Source of the DNA: a virus
Length of the DNA stretch: 64,000 bases
Direction: 5' to 3' (one strand)
IMG/VR virus record: IMGVR_UViG_3300042307_002096
Coordinates: 14,041 to 78,040 of that record
Part shown: positions 15,907 to 25,356 of the stretch, in pieces
Layout of the letters: each line of letters starts with the position of its first letter
Position numbering within the stretch: position 1 is the first letter of the stretch
Made by a program: the position numbers and the translations under genes
The notes under the pieces: model-generated
Told to the model about the DNA's origin: nothing
Database searches by the model: none
The model's input: only the letters and a program-made list of their open reading frames with translations

Positions 15907-16923
15907 GTGGAGCTAAATCAAGAATTTCTTATAGAGACGTTTTATTCTTATTGCAAAAGACCTTTGCATAGGAAGTATCAGAACGTTTTTAATGCAGAAT
16001 GTCCCGTTTGTAAGGAAGGAAAGTCCGCCGGTAGATCTAGGCGTTTATTTTATTTTCCTCATAAGCAGTATTTCTTTTGTCATAATTGTTCTAAGTCCTG
16101 GAAACCTTTTGAATGGGTCAAAGAAGTAACTACTCTTACTGTTCCAGAAATTATAAAAAGAAATAACGAAAAATCCGGAGAGATTACAAAATACACAAAA
16201 CTCAACAAAGTTACTCCTTTAAGTGCTAACTTTGTTATACCTGATCTTCCAGAAAGTAGTATTGAGCTCACAGACCCAACTCAAGTAGAGTTTTATAAAG
16301 ACAATAAGTTTATTAAATTAGCTTTAGAGTATTGTCAAAACAGACGATTGTTGACAGCTGTTAATACATGCAAACGGTTTTTCTTGTCATTAGAAGACAA
16401 AGTACATAAAAACCGTTTGGTTATTCCTTTTTATGATAATTCAAATAAGGTAGTATGTTACCAAACCCGATCTTTAACTAAACACCAATTTCCTAAATAC
16501 CTGACAAAGTTTGGAGAAAAAGAATTATTTGGAACTAATAACATTGATTCAGAAATTCCTTATGTTTTTGTTTTCGAAGGTCCAATTGATTCTATGTTCG
16601 TAAAAAATGGAGTAGCAATGGCTTCTTTAGCACCTACTGAAAAGCAAATGCAGCAGTTAAGCAATTTGTTTGGTTATGAGCAAATTTATGTTTTTGATAA
16701 CGACAAAAATAATAAACAGACAGCTAAGAAAATTGAAAAGTATATTAAAGAAGGAAAAAGGATCTTTATTTGGCCAAAAGAATTTTCCAAGTTTAAAGAC
16801 TTCAATGAAGTTTGTTGCAATTTAGGATTAGATGAAATTCCGTGGAAGTTTGTTTTGAAGAATTCTGCAGAAGGACCAGAAGCATTAATAAAGCAAAAAC
16901 TTCTTAGGTCCCAGCCATTTTAG
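15907..16923 (+). CDS. DNA primase (T4 gp61-like)
   Basis: Zn finger CPVC...FFCHNC; TOPRIM EGPIDS and VFDND; KDFNE. Confidence 0.9.
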   Translation: MELNQEFLIETFYSYCKRPLHRKYQNVFNAECPVCKEGKSAGRSRRLFYFPHKQYFFCHNCSKSWKPFEWVKEVTTLTVPEIIKRNNEKSGEITKYTKLNKVTPLSANFVIPDLPESSIELTDPTQVEFYKDNKFIKLALEYCQNRRLLTAVNTCKRFFLSLEDKVHKNRLVIPFYDNSNKVVCYQTRSLTKHQFPKYLTKFGEKELFGTNNIDSEIPYVFVFEGPIDSMFVKNGVAMASLAPTEKQMQQLSNLFGYEQIYVFDNDKNNKQTAKKIEKYIKEGKRIFIWPKEFSKFKDFNEVCCNLGLDEIPWKFVLKNSAEGPEALIKQKLLRSQPF

Positions 16924-18454
16924 TTCCAAGCATACCAGCTTGAGCTATTTGAGTTGCTGCTCCAAGTTTTCCTGACCAATCCGTTGGTTCTCCTTCTCGA
17001 ATATAATTTCCTAAGTCTCGAATTTTGTTTATTAAGTCTTCAGCTGAATCGTTTCCGGATTTGGATTGAACGTCGATATTAGCTAACGTATACCCTCCTT
17101 TAGGTATTGACATGTTTTGTTCGCTCGAAGAAAGAGATGAGTCTGTAGTATTAATAGGGGTATCGGTTTGTGTTTGTTCGCTCGAAGAAAGAGATGAGTC
17201 TGTAGTATTACTGGGGGTATCAGTTTGTGTTTGTTTGCTTTTTGAAGAAGCCTGAGTAGCAGCGTTTTGCAATAAAGAATTAAACGAATCGTTCTTGTTG
17301 CTCGAAAGAGATAGTACAGAAGCTGAAGGACTTGACATTCCTGTCAATTTTAATAATTCTTCCTCAGAAATTTTAGCTATTTCTTGGTTCTGTGTTTGGT
17401 TTATTACTGTAATAGTTTTATTAATTTTATCATGAATAATTTGTGTTTTTTCGTCCCCAATATTAGGGCCGGCCATGATGGATTTAGTAGCTGTCGCTTC
17501 TGTTAAAATTTTGCAGTAGTTTAATACAGATCTATTAAAATTTGACAAACGTTTTTCAAAAACAAAATTACCATCTTTAAGTGTATTTTTTACAAATATT
17601 TCTAAATTATTTGGTTTAATTGTGTCAGAAGCAAATTGTGCGACTTGATTGTTATAATATTTGCGAATAGCATTTCCGAGTTCCAACAATTTTTCGACTG
17701 AAGCCTTATCGTAAAGTCTTGCGTATTTTCCTTTTATGAGTTGGCCTCCTCCTGCATAAGAGTTAATATTTCCATATAAAATGTCGTTTATAAATGAATT
17801 TGCGGCTGGTACCGTGTTCATTGGATCTCTAACTTTTTTGCGAGCCGACAGCAATCCTAGTACTGTTGTGTAAATACTTGCTTTTGGATCTTTTAAATAT
17901 TTTTCTAAAGCTAATTCTCCTATAACGTTTTCGGTTAATTTTTTGCGAAGACCTGATTCCAGCATGCGAGCTTGAACAGTCAATGATGAGTAATCTAATG
18001 GCCATCCATTTTCTTTGGCTTGTTTATTAAAATATTCTATATATTCGTTAATACTTTCGGTTTGCTGCTCAATATTTATTACGCTTAAATTTTTTTCAAA
18101 ATCATTAAACAGCGCTTTGTTTTTGCCGCTTAATTTTTGCACAATGTACAAAATAAAATCCACGAGAGGAAATGCCTCAACATACCGTGTAAACGGCGCA
18201 ATTGTAAGTTGGTTTTTGTCAGCAGATTGTCTTATTGTTGATATAAGTGTTTTTAAATCATTCGTGCTTTGGAGAACTGGTTTTTTATAAATTTTTTGAT
18301 ACGCAGAATTAAATAGTTCATACGGTGTTTGATTATTATTAATTTTTGTTTCGGCAAAAAACCCATAACTAAGATCAGAAGAGCTACTGGTGGTCTGAAT
18401 CACTTCCTCAACCTCGTTCAACAAACTTTCAACAATGCTTTCAAAATCAATCAT
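16904..18454 (-). CDS. large hypothetical, possible internal virion protein
   Basis: Starts MIDFESIVESLLNE; TAATTA box 5 nt upstream; contains S/T-rich repeat. Confidence 0.6.
   Translation of the reverse strand: MIDFESIVESLLNEVEEVIQTTSSSSDLSYGFFAETKINNNQTPYELFNSAYQKIYKKPVLQSTNDLKTLISTIRQSADKNQLTIAPFTRYVEAFPLVDFILYIVQKLSGKNKALFNDFEKNLSVINIEQQTESINEYIEYFNKQAKENGWPLDYSSLTVQARMLESGLRKKLTENVIGELALEKYLKDPKASIYTTVLGLLSARKKVRDPMNTVPAANSFINDILYGNINSYAGGGQLIKGKYARLYDKASVEKLLELGNAIRKYYNNQVAQFASDTIKPNNLEIFVKNTLKDGNFVFEKRLSNFNRSVLNYCKILTEATATKSIMAGPNIGDEKTQIIHDKINKTITVINQTQNQEIAKISEEELLKLTGMSSPSASVLSLSSNKNDSFNSLLQNAATQASSKSKQTQTDTPSNTTDSSLSSSEQTQTDTPINTTDSSLSSSEQNMSIPKGGYTLANIDVQSKSGNDSAEDLINKIRDLGNYIREGEPTDWSGKLGAATQIAQAGMLGTKMAGT
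17117..17234. repeat. 57-bp in-frame tandem duplication (19 aa)
   Basis: ttgttcgctcgaagaaagagatgagtctgtagtatta... at 17117 and 17174; encodes QTQTDTPxNTTDSSLSSSE twice. Confidence 0.9.
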
Positions 18455-18508
18455 TATGTTAATTATCATTTTGAGGTGAAAATTGCACACAAACTATTAA
18501 ATAAGAAT

Positions 18509-18808
18509 ATGACAAAGACGTTCGATCAAATTTGCAAAGGAATTCTTGGAGAGATGGTGACTACTCCCACGACACCTACAGTGACTCCGGGACAGACTCC
18601 AAAGCCAGGAACGCCAGCTCCTAGTCAACTAACTACACAAAATCAGCAAAATTCTTCTCATGACCTTCCAGAAGAAGTTACTAAATTGTTCATCGCTGCT
18701 AAAACTCCACAAGAAGTCAATGCTGCTTATTTAAAGCTTCAAGAGCTAAACAAAACAAAACCAACTCAGCCTGCACCACAACCAAATGCAGCCAACCAAC
18801 AAGCCTAA
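18509..18808 (+). CDS. P/T/Q-rich hypothetical, possible internal head protein
   Basis: MTKTFDQICKGILGE; TAAATA at 18498-18503. Confidence 0.6.
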   Translation: MTKTFDQICKGILGEMVTTPTTPTVTPGQTPKPGTPAPSQLTTQNQQNSSHDLPEEVTKLFIAAKTPQEVNAAYLKLQELNKTKPTQPAPQPNAANQQA

Positions 18809-19403
18809 GACTCAAAGAAGTCGTTGCACTTTTTGCGGATCTACGGATCGAGGCAAAGGATGTCGATTTGGTCCTCATGGAGTACATTTTCATCCAGATG
18901 ATACAACAAAATGTGCATATTGCGGGTCATCGGATTACGGAAAAGGTTGTAGAATAAATCCAACAAGCAATTTGCATATTCACGGTTCGGTTTATAATAA
19001 TATGTACAAAGAAACAGTTCAAAGCTTCTTAGATAACAATATATTGCTGAAAGAACTTAAAAAAAATTACAAAGAATTTCAATGTTACGCTTTAGGTATT
19101 ATTGATGAAAACGGAAACAAGATTAAAAATCCTGTAACAGAGTCAGAACAACTTTCGTATACCCCATTTACTAAAACTGTTTTAAAACTTAAAAAGTACC
19201 TTGGTTCTAAAATAGAATTAATGGAAGCAAGTGAGTGTTTGGATACAGCAATCAATCTTAATGAAAACATTGAACATTATAAAAAAGTTTTGATGTATCA
19301 AGATAAAGTGGAATCTATTGTTAACGAATTATATAAAACATTAGATGAAGCTCAGCAGGATGGATTACCTTTAGAAGATATTAAAAAGTTAGTAAAAGCT
19401 TAA
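18786..19403 (+). CDS. protein with tandem Cys/His metal-binding repeats
   Basis: CxxCGS.D.GKGC.......HxH present twice; C-terminal YALGIIDENG segment. Confidence 0.65.
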   Translation: MQPTNKPKTQRSRCTFCGSTDRGKGCRFGPHGVHFHPDDTTKCAYCGSSDYGKGCRINPTSNLHIHGSVYNNMYKETVQSFLDNNILLKELKKNYKEFQCYALGIIDENGNKIKNPVTESEQLSYTPFTKTVLKLKKYLGSKIELMEASECLDTAINLNENIEHYKKVLMYQDKVESIVNELYKTLDEAQQDGLPLEDIKKLVKA

Positions 19404-19413
19404 ATAAAATTAT

Positions 19414-19722
19414 ATGAAATTCCAATTTGATCAATTAGTATTAGAGTTATTAAAGGAAAACAAAAATTATGATCCAGGAGCTGATGGGTATTTAGAATCA
19501 AAAAATTTCAATTTAACTAAAGAAATTAAAGAAACCGTAGCAAGTATGCTCAAAGGAGAGTTTTCCTTACATGGAGTATATAACACGGACATAATTCAAA
19601 ATCTCAGATTTGAAGAAGGAGTTATTAAAGGTACGCACTTTACTGGCGGCAATTTTGCTTGTAAGCTTAATAATATTAAGCCACAAAACGTATCCGTAGC
19701 AGTTAAAAATAAAACAAAGTAA
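19414..19722 (+). CDS. hypothetical, possible internal head protein
   Basis: MKFQFDQLVLELLKE; TAAATA at 19401-19406. Confidence 0.55.
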   Translation: MKFQFDQLVLELLKENKNYDPGADGYLESKNFNLTKEIKETVASMLKGEFSLHGVYNTDIIQNLRFEEGVIKGTHFTGGNFACKLNNIKPQNVSVAVKNKTK

Positions 19723-19770
19723 GGGTTAGTAAAAGCTTGACATAAACAAGAAGTATTGTAAACTTCTTAC

Positions 19771-20052
19771 ATGTCTAAAGAAACATTAAACATCACACTC
19801 ACAGAAGAAGGTCTTGCTTCAGTAATTTCCGCTTTGCTTTTTTCTTGTTCCGTCAACGTCACTTCAAATACAAACGAAGAATATCAGCAAGAATTGTTTG
19901 CTGTAGCTAAACAACTCAAAAAAGTTAAGCCAGATATCAAGCTTGACAATATCCAATTTTTGAAGGAAGATGATTATGAGGACTCACTTTCTGCTGATCT
20001 TTTGAAAGAATTTAAAAATAATTTAGAAGTGACTTCGTTTGATAATATTTGA
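19771..20052 (+). CDS. hypothetical protein
   Basis: Preceded by TTGACA-N16-TAAACT (19737-19764). Confidence 0.6.
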   Translation: MSKETLNITLTEEGLASVISALLFSCSVNVTSNTNEEYQQELFAVAKQLKKVKPDIKLDNIQFLKEDDYEDSLSADLLKEFKNNLEVTSFDNI

Positions 20053-20053
20053 T

Positions 20054-20500
20054 ATGGGAAATTATACTTCTACTAAAATTATTGAATTGGGTTCTTGTGC
20101 TTTTAGGCAATGGAAAGCTGACGGAACTCATTGTCGGTTCTTGCATGGGTATCGCTTGATGGCTAAGTTTTGGTTTGAATGTTCTGAATTAGATCACCGC
20201 AATTGGGGAGTCAATTTTGGAGGACTGAAAGAACTCAAACAAATCCTTCAAAAGCAATTTGATCATACTTTATGTATATCTGCTGATGATCCTCTTCTTG
20301 CTATATTTAAAATGTTGGACGGACAAGGTGGGTGCGAACTCCGAATTATGGATGGTGTAGGAATTGAAAAAACAGCAGAGTGGTGTTTTAATGCAGCTCA
20401 ATTATTTTTAGAATCAAACGAAGAAACCCGCAATCGTTGCTGGGTTTCAAAAGTAGAAGTTTGGGAACATGAACAAAACAGTGCAATTTATACAAAATAA
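20054..20500 (+). CDS. queD: 6-carboxy-5,6,7,8-tetrahydropterin synthase
   Basis: HCRFLHGY, NFGGLK...FDHT, VEVWEH.QNSA. Confidence 0.88.
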   Translation: MGNYTSTKIIELGSCAFRQWKADGTHCRFLHGYRLMAKFWFECSELDHRNWGVNFGGLKELKQILQKQFDHTLCISADDPLLAIFKMLDGQGGCELRIMDGVGIEKTAEWCFNAAQLFLESNEETRNRCWVSKVEVWEHEQNSAIYTK

Positions 20501-20507
20501 AAAAAAT

Positions 20508-21272
20508 ATGGATAACAACACAGAAGAAAATTATTTGCTGATTAGTGACGATGGACCTGGTTTTTTTACAATTGAGGGAGAAGGCGAGTACGTAGGACAA
20601 CCGAGCGTTTTTATGAGATTGTTTGGTTGCAATCTTTCTTGCAAAGCATTCGTTTCAGAGAGTTCCCCTTATGGGTGTGATTCTTTTATTTCTTGGTCAA
20701 AAAAGAACAAATATTCGTTTGAAGAAATTTTTAATTTTTACGAAGAAAAGAATTTTATTGAACATCTTAGAAATAGAGCTATTTTTAAAATTACAGGAGG
20801 AGAACCTACACTCAGACAAGAACCGTTACTCAAATTTATTGACGCTTTTGTCATCCGTTACGGTTTTATTCCAAGAATTGATTTTGAAACCAATGCTACC
20901 ATTCAACCTGATGAACGTTGGGTTACTAAGTTTGGAGCAACCTTCACAACATCTCCAAAATTAACTACAAACGGAGATCCAGAAGAAAAAACATACAAAC
21001 CAGAAGTTCTCAAATGGCATGTTGATCACAATTCGGGTTTTAAATTTGTCATTACTTCAGATCGGGACATTGAAGAAATTTGGAGAAAGTATGTAGAGGA
21101 TTTTGAGGGTATCAACGTACCATTACAACGCATTTGGTTTATGCCTTGTTGCGGTTCAAGAGAAGAACACATTGAAAGAGCACAAGCTGTAGTAGAATAT
21201 GCAAAAGCAATGCATGTCAATTTTAGTCCTCGTCTTCACTTACTCGTTTATGACATGGCACTCAAGGTTTGA
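20508..21272 (+). CDS. queE: 7-carboxy-7-deazaguanine synthase (radical SAM)
   Basis: TIEGEG..GQPSVFMRLFGCNLSC...GCD, ITGGEP, ETN, SPK, SPRLH. Confidence 0.9.
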   Translation: MDNNTEENYLLISDDGPGFFTIEGEGEYVGQPSVFMRLFGCNLSCKAFVSESSPYGCDSFISWSKKNKYSFEEIFNFYEEKNFIEHLRNRAIFKITGGEPTLRQEPLLKFIDAFVIRYGFIPRIDFETNATIQPDERWVTKFGATFTTSPKLTTNGDPEEKTYKPEVLKWHVDHNSGFKFVITSDRDIEEIWRKYVEDFEGINVPLQRIWFMPCCGSREEHIERAQAVVEYAKAMHVNFSPRLHLLVYDMALKV

Positions 21273-21302
21273 TTTAATTTAAAACATCTTTAAATAAACT
21301 TT

Positions 21303-21974
21303 ATGAAAATCGCATTGATGGGTGCTCACTGTGTAGGGAAATCTACATTAATTGAAGAATTTATTAAACATTGGCCAATGTACAAAAAGCCAGAAAAAAC
21401 TTACAGAGACATTATTAAGGAAAAAAATCTTAATATTAATATGCAAGGAGACAAAGAGTCACAAAGAGCAATTCTTAATGCCTTAGTTGATGAAGCTCAG
21501 CTTGCGAGTACGTCTGACGACAAACATATTATTTTTGATAGATGCCCAGTAGACAACATTGCTTATACACTCTGGCATTACGCAAAAGGGACGGAAGGAT
21601 TTACTCCGGAGTTTGTAATGACTTGCAAGGACATTGCGGCTCTTTCCTTGAAACATATTGATCTTATTTTTTATGTTCCAGCTCGTAAAGAAATTCCTAT
21701 TACTCCGAGAGAAGGAAGAGAAACAAACGAAGCATTTCGAGAAGAAATTGACAATATTTTTGACTCATTGGTAGAGTCTTACGAAAAAAATACTGGAGCA
21801 TTTTTTCCTTCAGAAGATTGTCCTGCTGTGATTCGTCTTGAAGGTCCACCAGATATGAGAATTCCTCAGATCAAGCTTTATATTAAAGACAATGGTAACT
21901 GCTTTGGAGAAGAAGATGGTTCTTTAATTGACGCTTCTAAGGTTGTATTAGACGCAGAAAAACAACCTTTTTAA
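21303..21974 (+). CDS. P-loop nucleotide kinase-like protein
   Basis: Walker A GAHCVGKST, IIFDRCPVDNIAY. Confidence 0.7.
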   Translation: MKIALMGAHCVGKSTLIEEFIKHWPMYKKPEKTYRDIIKEKNLNINMQGDKESQRAILNALVDEAQLASTSDDKHIIFDRCPVDNIAYTLWHYAKGTEGFTPEFVMTCKDIAALSLKHIDLIFYVPARKEIPITPREGRETNEAFREEIDNIFDSLVESYEKNTGAFFPSEDCPAVIRLEGPPDMRIPQIKLYIKDNGNCFGEEDGSLIDASKVVLDAEKQPF

Positions 21975-22393
21975 GTAGTAGGTTTTAACTTTAACCTCAA
22001 AGCAAAGTCATTAAACTTCCTTTGAGGTTTTTGTCGTTTAAGGCTGTTTTCAGCAGCGCTTTCAAGGTCTGGAGAATTAAGATCAAACTTACCACAATAT
22101 GGTATTGGAAGCTGGCTCATCATTCCGTCAAAATAACTATCTACAAAGTTGCCAATCCTTTTTGTAATAGCTTTTTTAGAAATACACAACACTTTTGGAA
22201 ACGGACTTTGGGTTGTTTTATAAGTGGATTCAATACTCTTAAAACAAAATCCTAGAATAATACGTCTTCCATCTGCACTGTTAAGTTGAATGTTATTTTT
22301 ACGAGCAAAATCAGTAGCAAATCTCAATCCTTGTTCAAAAGAAGGATAAATATCAATTACACAAATTCTGGATTTTGGAAATGTTTTGATCAT
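21971..22393 (-). CDS. hypothetical protein
   Basis: Coupled to the adjacent minus-strand gene. Confidence 0.55.
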   Translation of the reverse strand: MIKTFPKSRICVIDIYPSFEQGLRFATDFARKNNIQLNSADGRRIILGFCFKSIESTYKTTQSPFPKVLCISKKAITKRIGNFVDSYFDGMMSQLPIPYCGKFDLNSPDLESAAENSLKRQKPQRKFNDFALRLKLKPTT

Positions 22394-22809
22394 AGCTTAA
22401 AGTTTTTAGGTGGCTTACCAATACGCACGTTTAATATACCATTATAGAAATGCTCACTTAATATTACGTCTTGTTCAATTTGACGCTTTATTTCTTTATA
22501 TCCCAATTCCCATTTAGATCCACCCCACTCTAAAATAGTAAATGTAAATTTGTCTTTGCCATACTTAGCAATATCTTCGTTTAGCTCTTTTGACGAGCCA
22601 GTATAAGTCTTCCAATCGCTTTCCTTATGGTCAATACGGTTTCTTGTCTTTCCTTTCAATGGTTTTCTTTTAACTCGAGAAATGCATTGTTTTTTGCCAA
22701 TGTATTTTTTGGGTTCCGTCAACGCGTTGTTGCTGATTTCGTAAATGAAACCAAAAGCCTCTTGATTATAGTTCAATCCTTCAGCAAGTTGCCAGTGTCC
22801 TAAATCCAT
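22390..22809 (-). CDS. GIY-YIG endonuclease (T4 endonuclease II/DenA-like)
   Basis: GFIY...KYIGKK, ESDWKTYTGSS, E...FYN. Confidence 0.8.
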   Translation of the reverse strand: MDLGHWQLAEGLNYNQEAFGFIYEISNNALTEPKKYIGKKQCISRVKRKPLKGKTRNRIDHKESDWKTYTGSSKELNEDIAKYGKDKFTFTILEWGGSKWELGYKEIKRQIEQDVILSEHFYNGILNVRIGKPPKNFKL

Positions 22810-22815
22810 AAAAAT

Positions 22816-23043
22816 TTATTTGGATTTCTTTTTGTTTTTGGATTTTTTCTTGCGCTTGTTCATACCGGAGCGTGTAATAACCCCACCAAATAAACTTTTG
22901 GGAGTGCGAGCATCTCCGGGAGCATAATTATCCCCGCTAAATTCAGTGGCAGTAGCTCCAACGTTTGGTCCAAAAGCGGATCCAGCTCCACCAGCAACTA
23001 CGTCTTCGTTAAGGACTTCTTCAACTATTTTTTGAAATTCCAT
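22816..23043 (-). CDS. small protein with basic C-terminal tail, possible internal head protein
   Basis: MEFQKIVEEVLNE; TAATTA box 5 nt upstream. Confidence 0.6.
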   Translation of the reverse strand: MEFQKIVEEVLNEDVVAGGAGSAFGPNVGATATEFSGDNYAPGDARTPKSLFGGVITRSGMNKRKKKSKNKKKSK

Positions 23044-23098
23044 AAAAGTAATTAAGAAAAATAGTTGACAATTATACTAAGTAAACGATATTAACTAC

Positions 23099-23437
23099 AT
23101 CACTGTTAGTGCCACCCAAAGCGTAATAGCGGGGCTTAGTAGTAAGATAAACAAACAGGAGTCAGTGATTAATAAATTAAAAACACATCTCGAAGTGCGC
23201 TAATTGCGTGACCGTTGTTTAGCATTTTTGCTAGGACCGCTCAAGCCAGCCCTTATAGGACAACCGAGGGGGCATACTAATCACAAGATTTTTTGAAGCT
23301 TGTTACACCCGACTGAGACTCGTTTTATACGGAGTATTAAAGATTGGAGGTTTTCCCTAATAACGGGGGACCTCCCTCCTTCAATCTGAATTGCCGGAAT
23401 ATAAAGATATATTATAAAAGGGCGGGAGAAAGAAAAG
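23099..23437 (+). ncRNA. candidate structured non-coding RNA (or origin-associated transcript)
   Basis: ORF-free and GC-richer than its flanks; promoter TTGACA-N16-GATATT (23065-23092); several hairpins. Confidence 0.4.
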
Positions 23438-23476
23438 TAGATTTTTTATTTTTTTGGTTTATTGTTTATAAATTAA

Positions 23477-23890
23477 ATGGAAGAAAATACCTCTAAAGAT
23501 TTGTTTATTGAATACCATCAAAAGATAGAAGAATTTCTTAAAATTGATGAATTGAATATGAAAGACGCACAAATGGCTCTTCCTTCAGTTAGGCATTATT
23601 GGGTTGGACGTTTAATGTTCCATAAACAACAAATCAACAAACTCAAAAAGGCTAAAGAAAAAGCTACAAAAACCCTTCGTGTAAAATTAGAAAATGAATC
23701 TCCTATTGGGTTGAGTCCAAAAACAATTGCTGAATCTATTTCTAAGCATGAAATAATGCAAAAAATTGATGATCAAATTATTGACAATGAATTGCTCGTG
23801 GAGTATTTGACCAAAGTAGAATCTAATTTTAGAGATGCTCAATACGGAATGAACAATCTTACAAAAATTATCACGCTAGAAACAACATAA
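23477..23890 (+). CDS. uvsY: recombination mediator UvsY-like
   Basis: Size, helical character and position directly before uvsW. Confidence 0.65.
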   Translation: MEENTSKDLFIEYHQKIEEFLKIDELNMKDAQMALPSVRHYWVGRLMFHKQQINKLKKAKEKATKTLRVKLENESPIGLSPKTIAESISKHEIMQKIDDQIIDNELLVEYLTKVESNFRDAQYGMNNLTKIITLETT

Positions 23891-25329
23891 TGGAAGTAAT
23901 TTTTGATTTTGATACGGTTGCTAGAAAACCTAAAATCATTTCCGAATATCTTGATCAGATCAGGGAACATTTTTCAATTGAAGATAAAGCTCTAGTATTC
24001 CTAAGAAAAAGAACAGGCCGAAATATGCCAGTCAGAAAATACGCAATATCCAACAAAGGATATTTCGACCTTCCTTTTTTTGATGAAATTTGTAATGAAA
24101 TTAAAATAAACTTTCCGTCATTGCAAATAAAAGTTACTTCTAAACTTACAGAAAAAATTAACGCAAACCCTATAGCTGATCAGCACGTACCTCTTAATTT
24201 AACCCCTAGAGATTATCAAACAGAATCAGCAAACGAGGCTTTGCGTAAAGGTAAGGGCATAATTGTGCTTCCAACATCTGCAGGAAAGACACTTGTAATT
24301 GCTCTCATTGCTTCAACAATCCTTAAAGAAAAGGATTATAATATACTTGTCCTTGTTCCAGATATTCAATTGGTTCAACAAACGTATCAGGATTTTTTAG
24401 ATTACGGTATTTCAAAAGACTTAATTTCTAAATGGACAGGAAATTATGAATTTTCCCCAACTAAAATTGTTGTTGCTAACAATCAAATATTGCTTTCAAA
24501 AAAACAAAATACCGATATTTTGGAAAGATTTCAAACAATTATATGCGATGAGTGCCATAAAATTTCCACGGCACATAAAATTTCAAATCTTGTTAAATCT
24601 TTAAAAGCGGAACATATGTTTGCGTTTACGGGTTCGTTGCCAGAAAGTAAATTTGATGTGTGGACAATTAATAGAATTTTTGGATCTGTGATTTATTATA
24701 AAAAATCAATTGAATTAAGACAAGATAAGTTTATTTCAAAAGTAAGAGTTGTTGCTCTTGAATTAAATTACAAAAACATTCCGCAATTCACAAAGCCTTC
24801 AATGTCAGAACCCACAGCTGGATACGAAGAAGAAACTACATGGTTGCACACAAATGAATATAGAAATTCTGTTATCGCAAAACTTATAAACAAGCTTGAA
24901 ACAAACACACTTGTTCTTGTTGATCGTATTGTACATGGAGAACATTTGCTGGAATTTTTGAAAACTACAACAAACAAACAAATATTTTTTATTCAAGGTT
25001 CTGTTGAGGTAGAAGAGCGAGAAAAAATGAGAGCTTTAATGGAAGAAACCTCTGGTGTTGTATGTATTGCTATTTCTAAAATATTTTCTACTGGTATTTC
25101 AATTAAAAATTTGCATAATATAATTTTTGCATCTATCGGAAAAGCTCGTATTAAAATTATTCAATCAATTGGAAGAAGTTTGCGTTTGCATCACACTAAA
25201 CAAATTGCTACTATTTTTGACATAGCAGATGTGTGTTTAAAATACGGATACACTCATTTTGAGGAAAGAAAGCGTTTATATGAAACGGAAAATATTCCAT
25301 TAATTTCTTCTGAGCTTGTTGAAAAATAA
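23890..25329 (+). CDS. uvsW: SF2 helicase UvsW
   Basis: PRDYQ, PTSAGKT, DECH, FSTGISIK, QSIGRSLR. Confidence 0.92.
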   Translation: MEVIFDFDTVARKPKIISEYLDQIREHFSIEDKALVFLRKRTGRNMPVRKYAISNKGYFDLPFFDEICNEIKINFPSLQIKVTSKLTEKINANPIADQHVPLNLTPRDYQTESANEALRKGKGIIVLPTSAGKTLVIALIASTILKEKDYNILVLVPDIQLVQQTYQDFLDYGISKDLISKWTGNYEFSPTKIVVANNQILLSKKQNTDILERFQTIICDECHKISTAHKISNLVKSLKAEHMFAFTGSLPESKFDVWTINRIFGSVIYYKKSIELRQDKFISKVRVVALELNYKNIPQFTKPSMSEPTAGYEEETTWLHTNEYRNSVIAKLINKLETNTLVLVDRIVHGEHLLEFLKTTTNKQIFFIQGSVEVEEREKMRALMEETSGVVCIAISKIFSTGISIKNLHNIIFASIGKARIKIIQSIGRSLRLHHTKQIATIFDIADVCLKYGYTHFEERKRLYETENIPLISSELVEK

Positions 25330-25356
25330 TACAATACATATATAATCCACTTTTAC

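Noticed and set aside
17117-17234. CRISPR-like repeat
   Set aside because: Contiguous in-frame duplication with no spacers.
23099-23437. Group I intron or RNase P RNA identity for the non-coding segment
   Set aside because: Faint echoes of group I elements exist (AATTGCG, GAGACT, AAGATATA), but P7 cannot be formed and no gene is interrupted. The RNase P GAGGAAAGTCC motif is absent on both strands.
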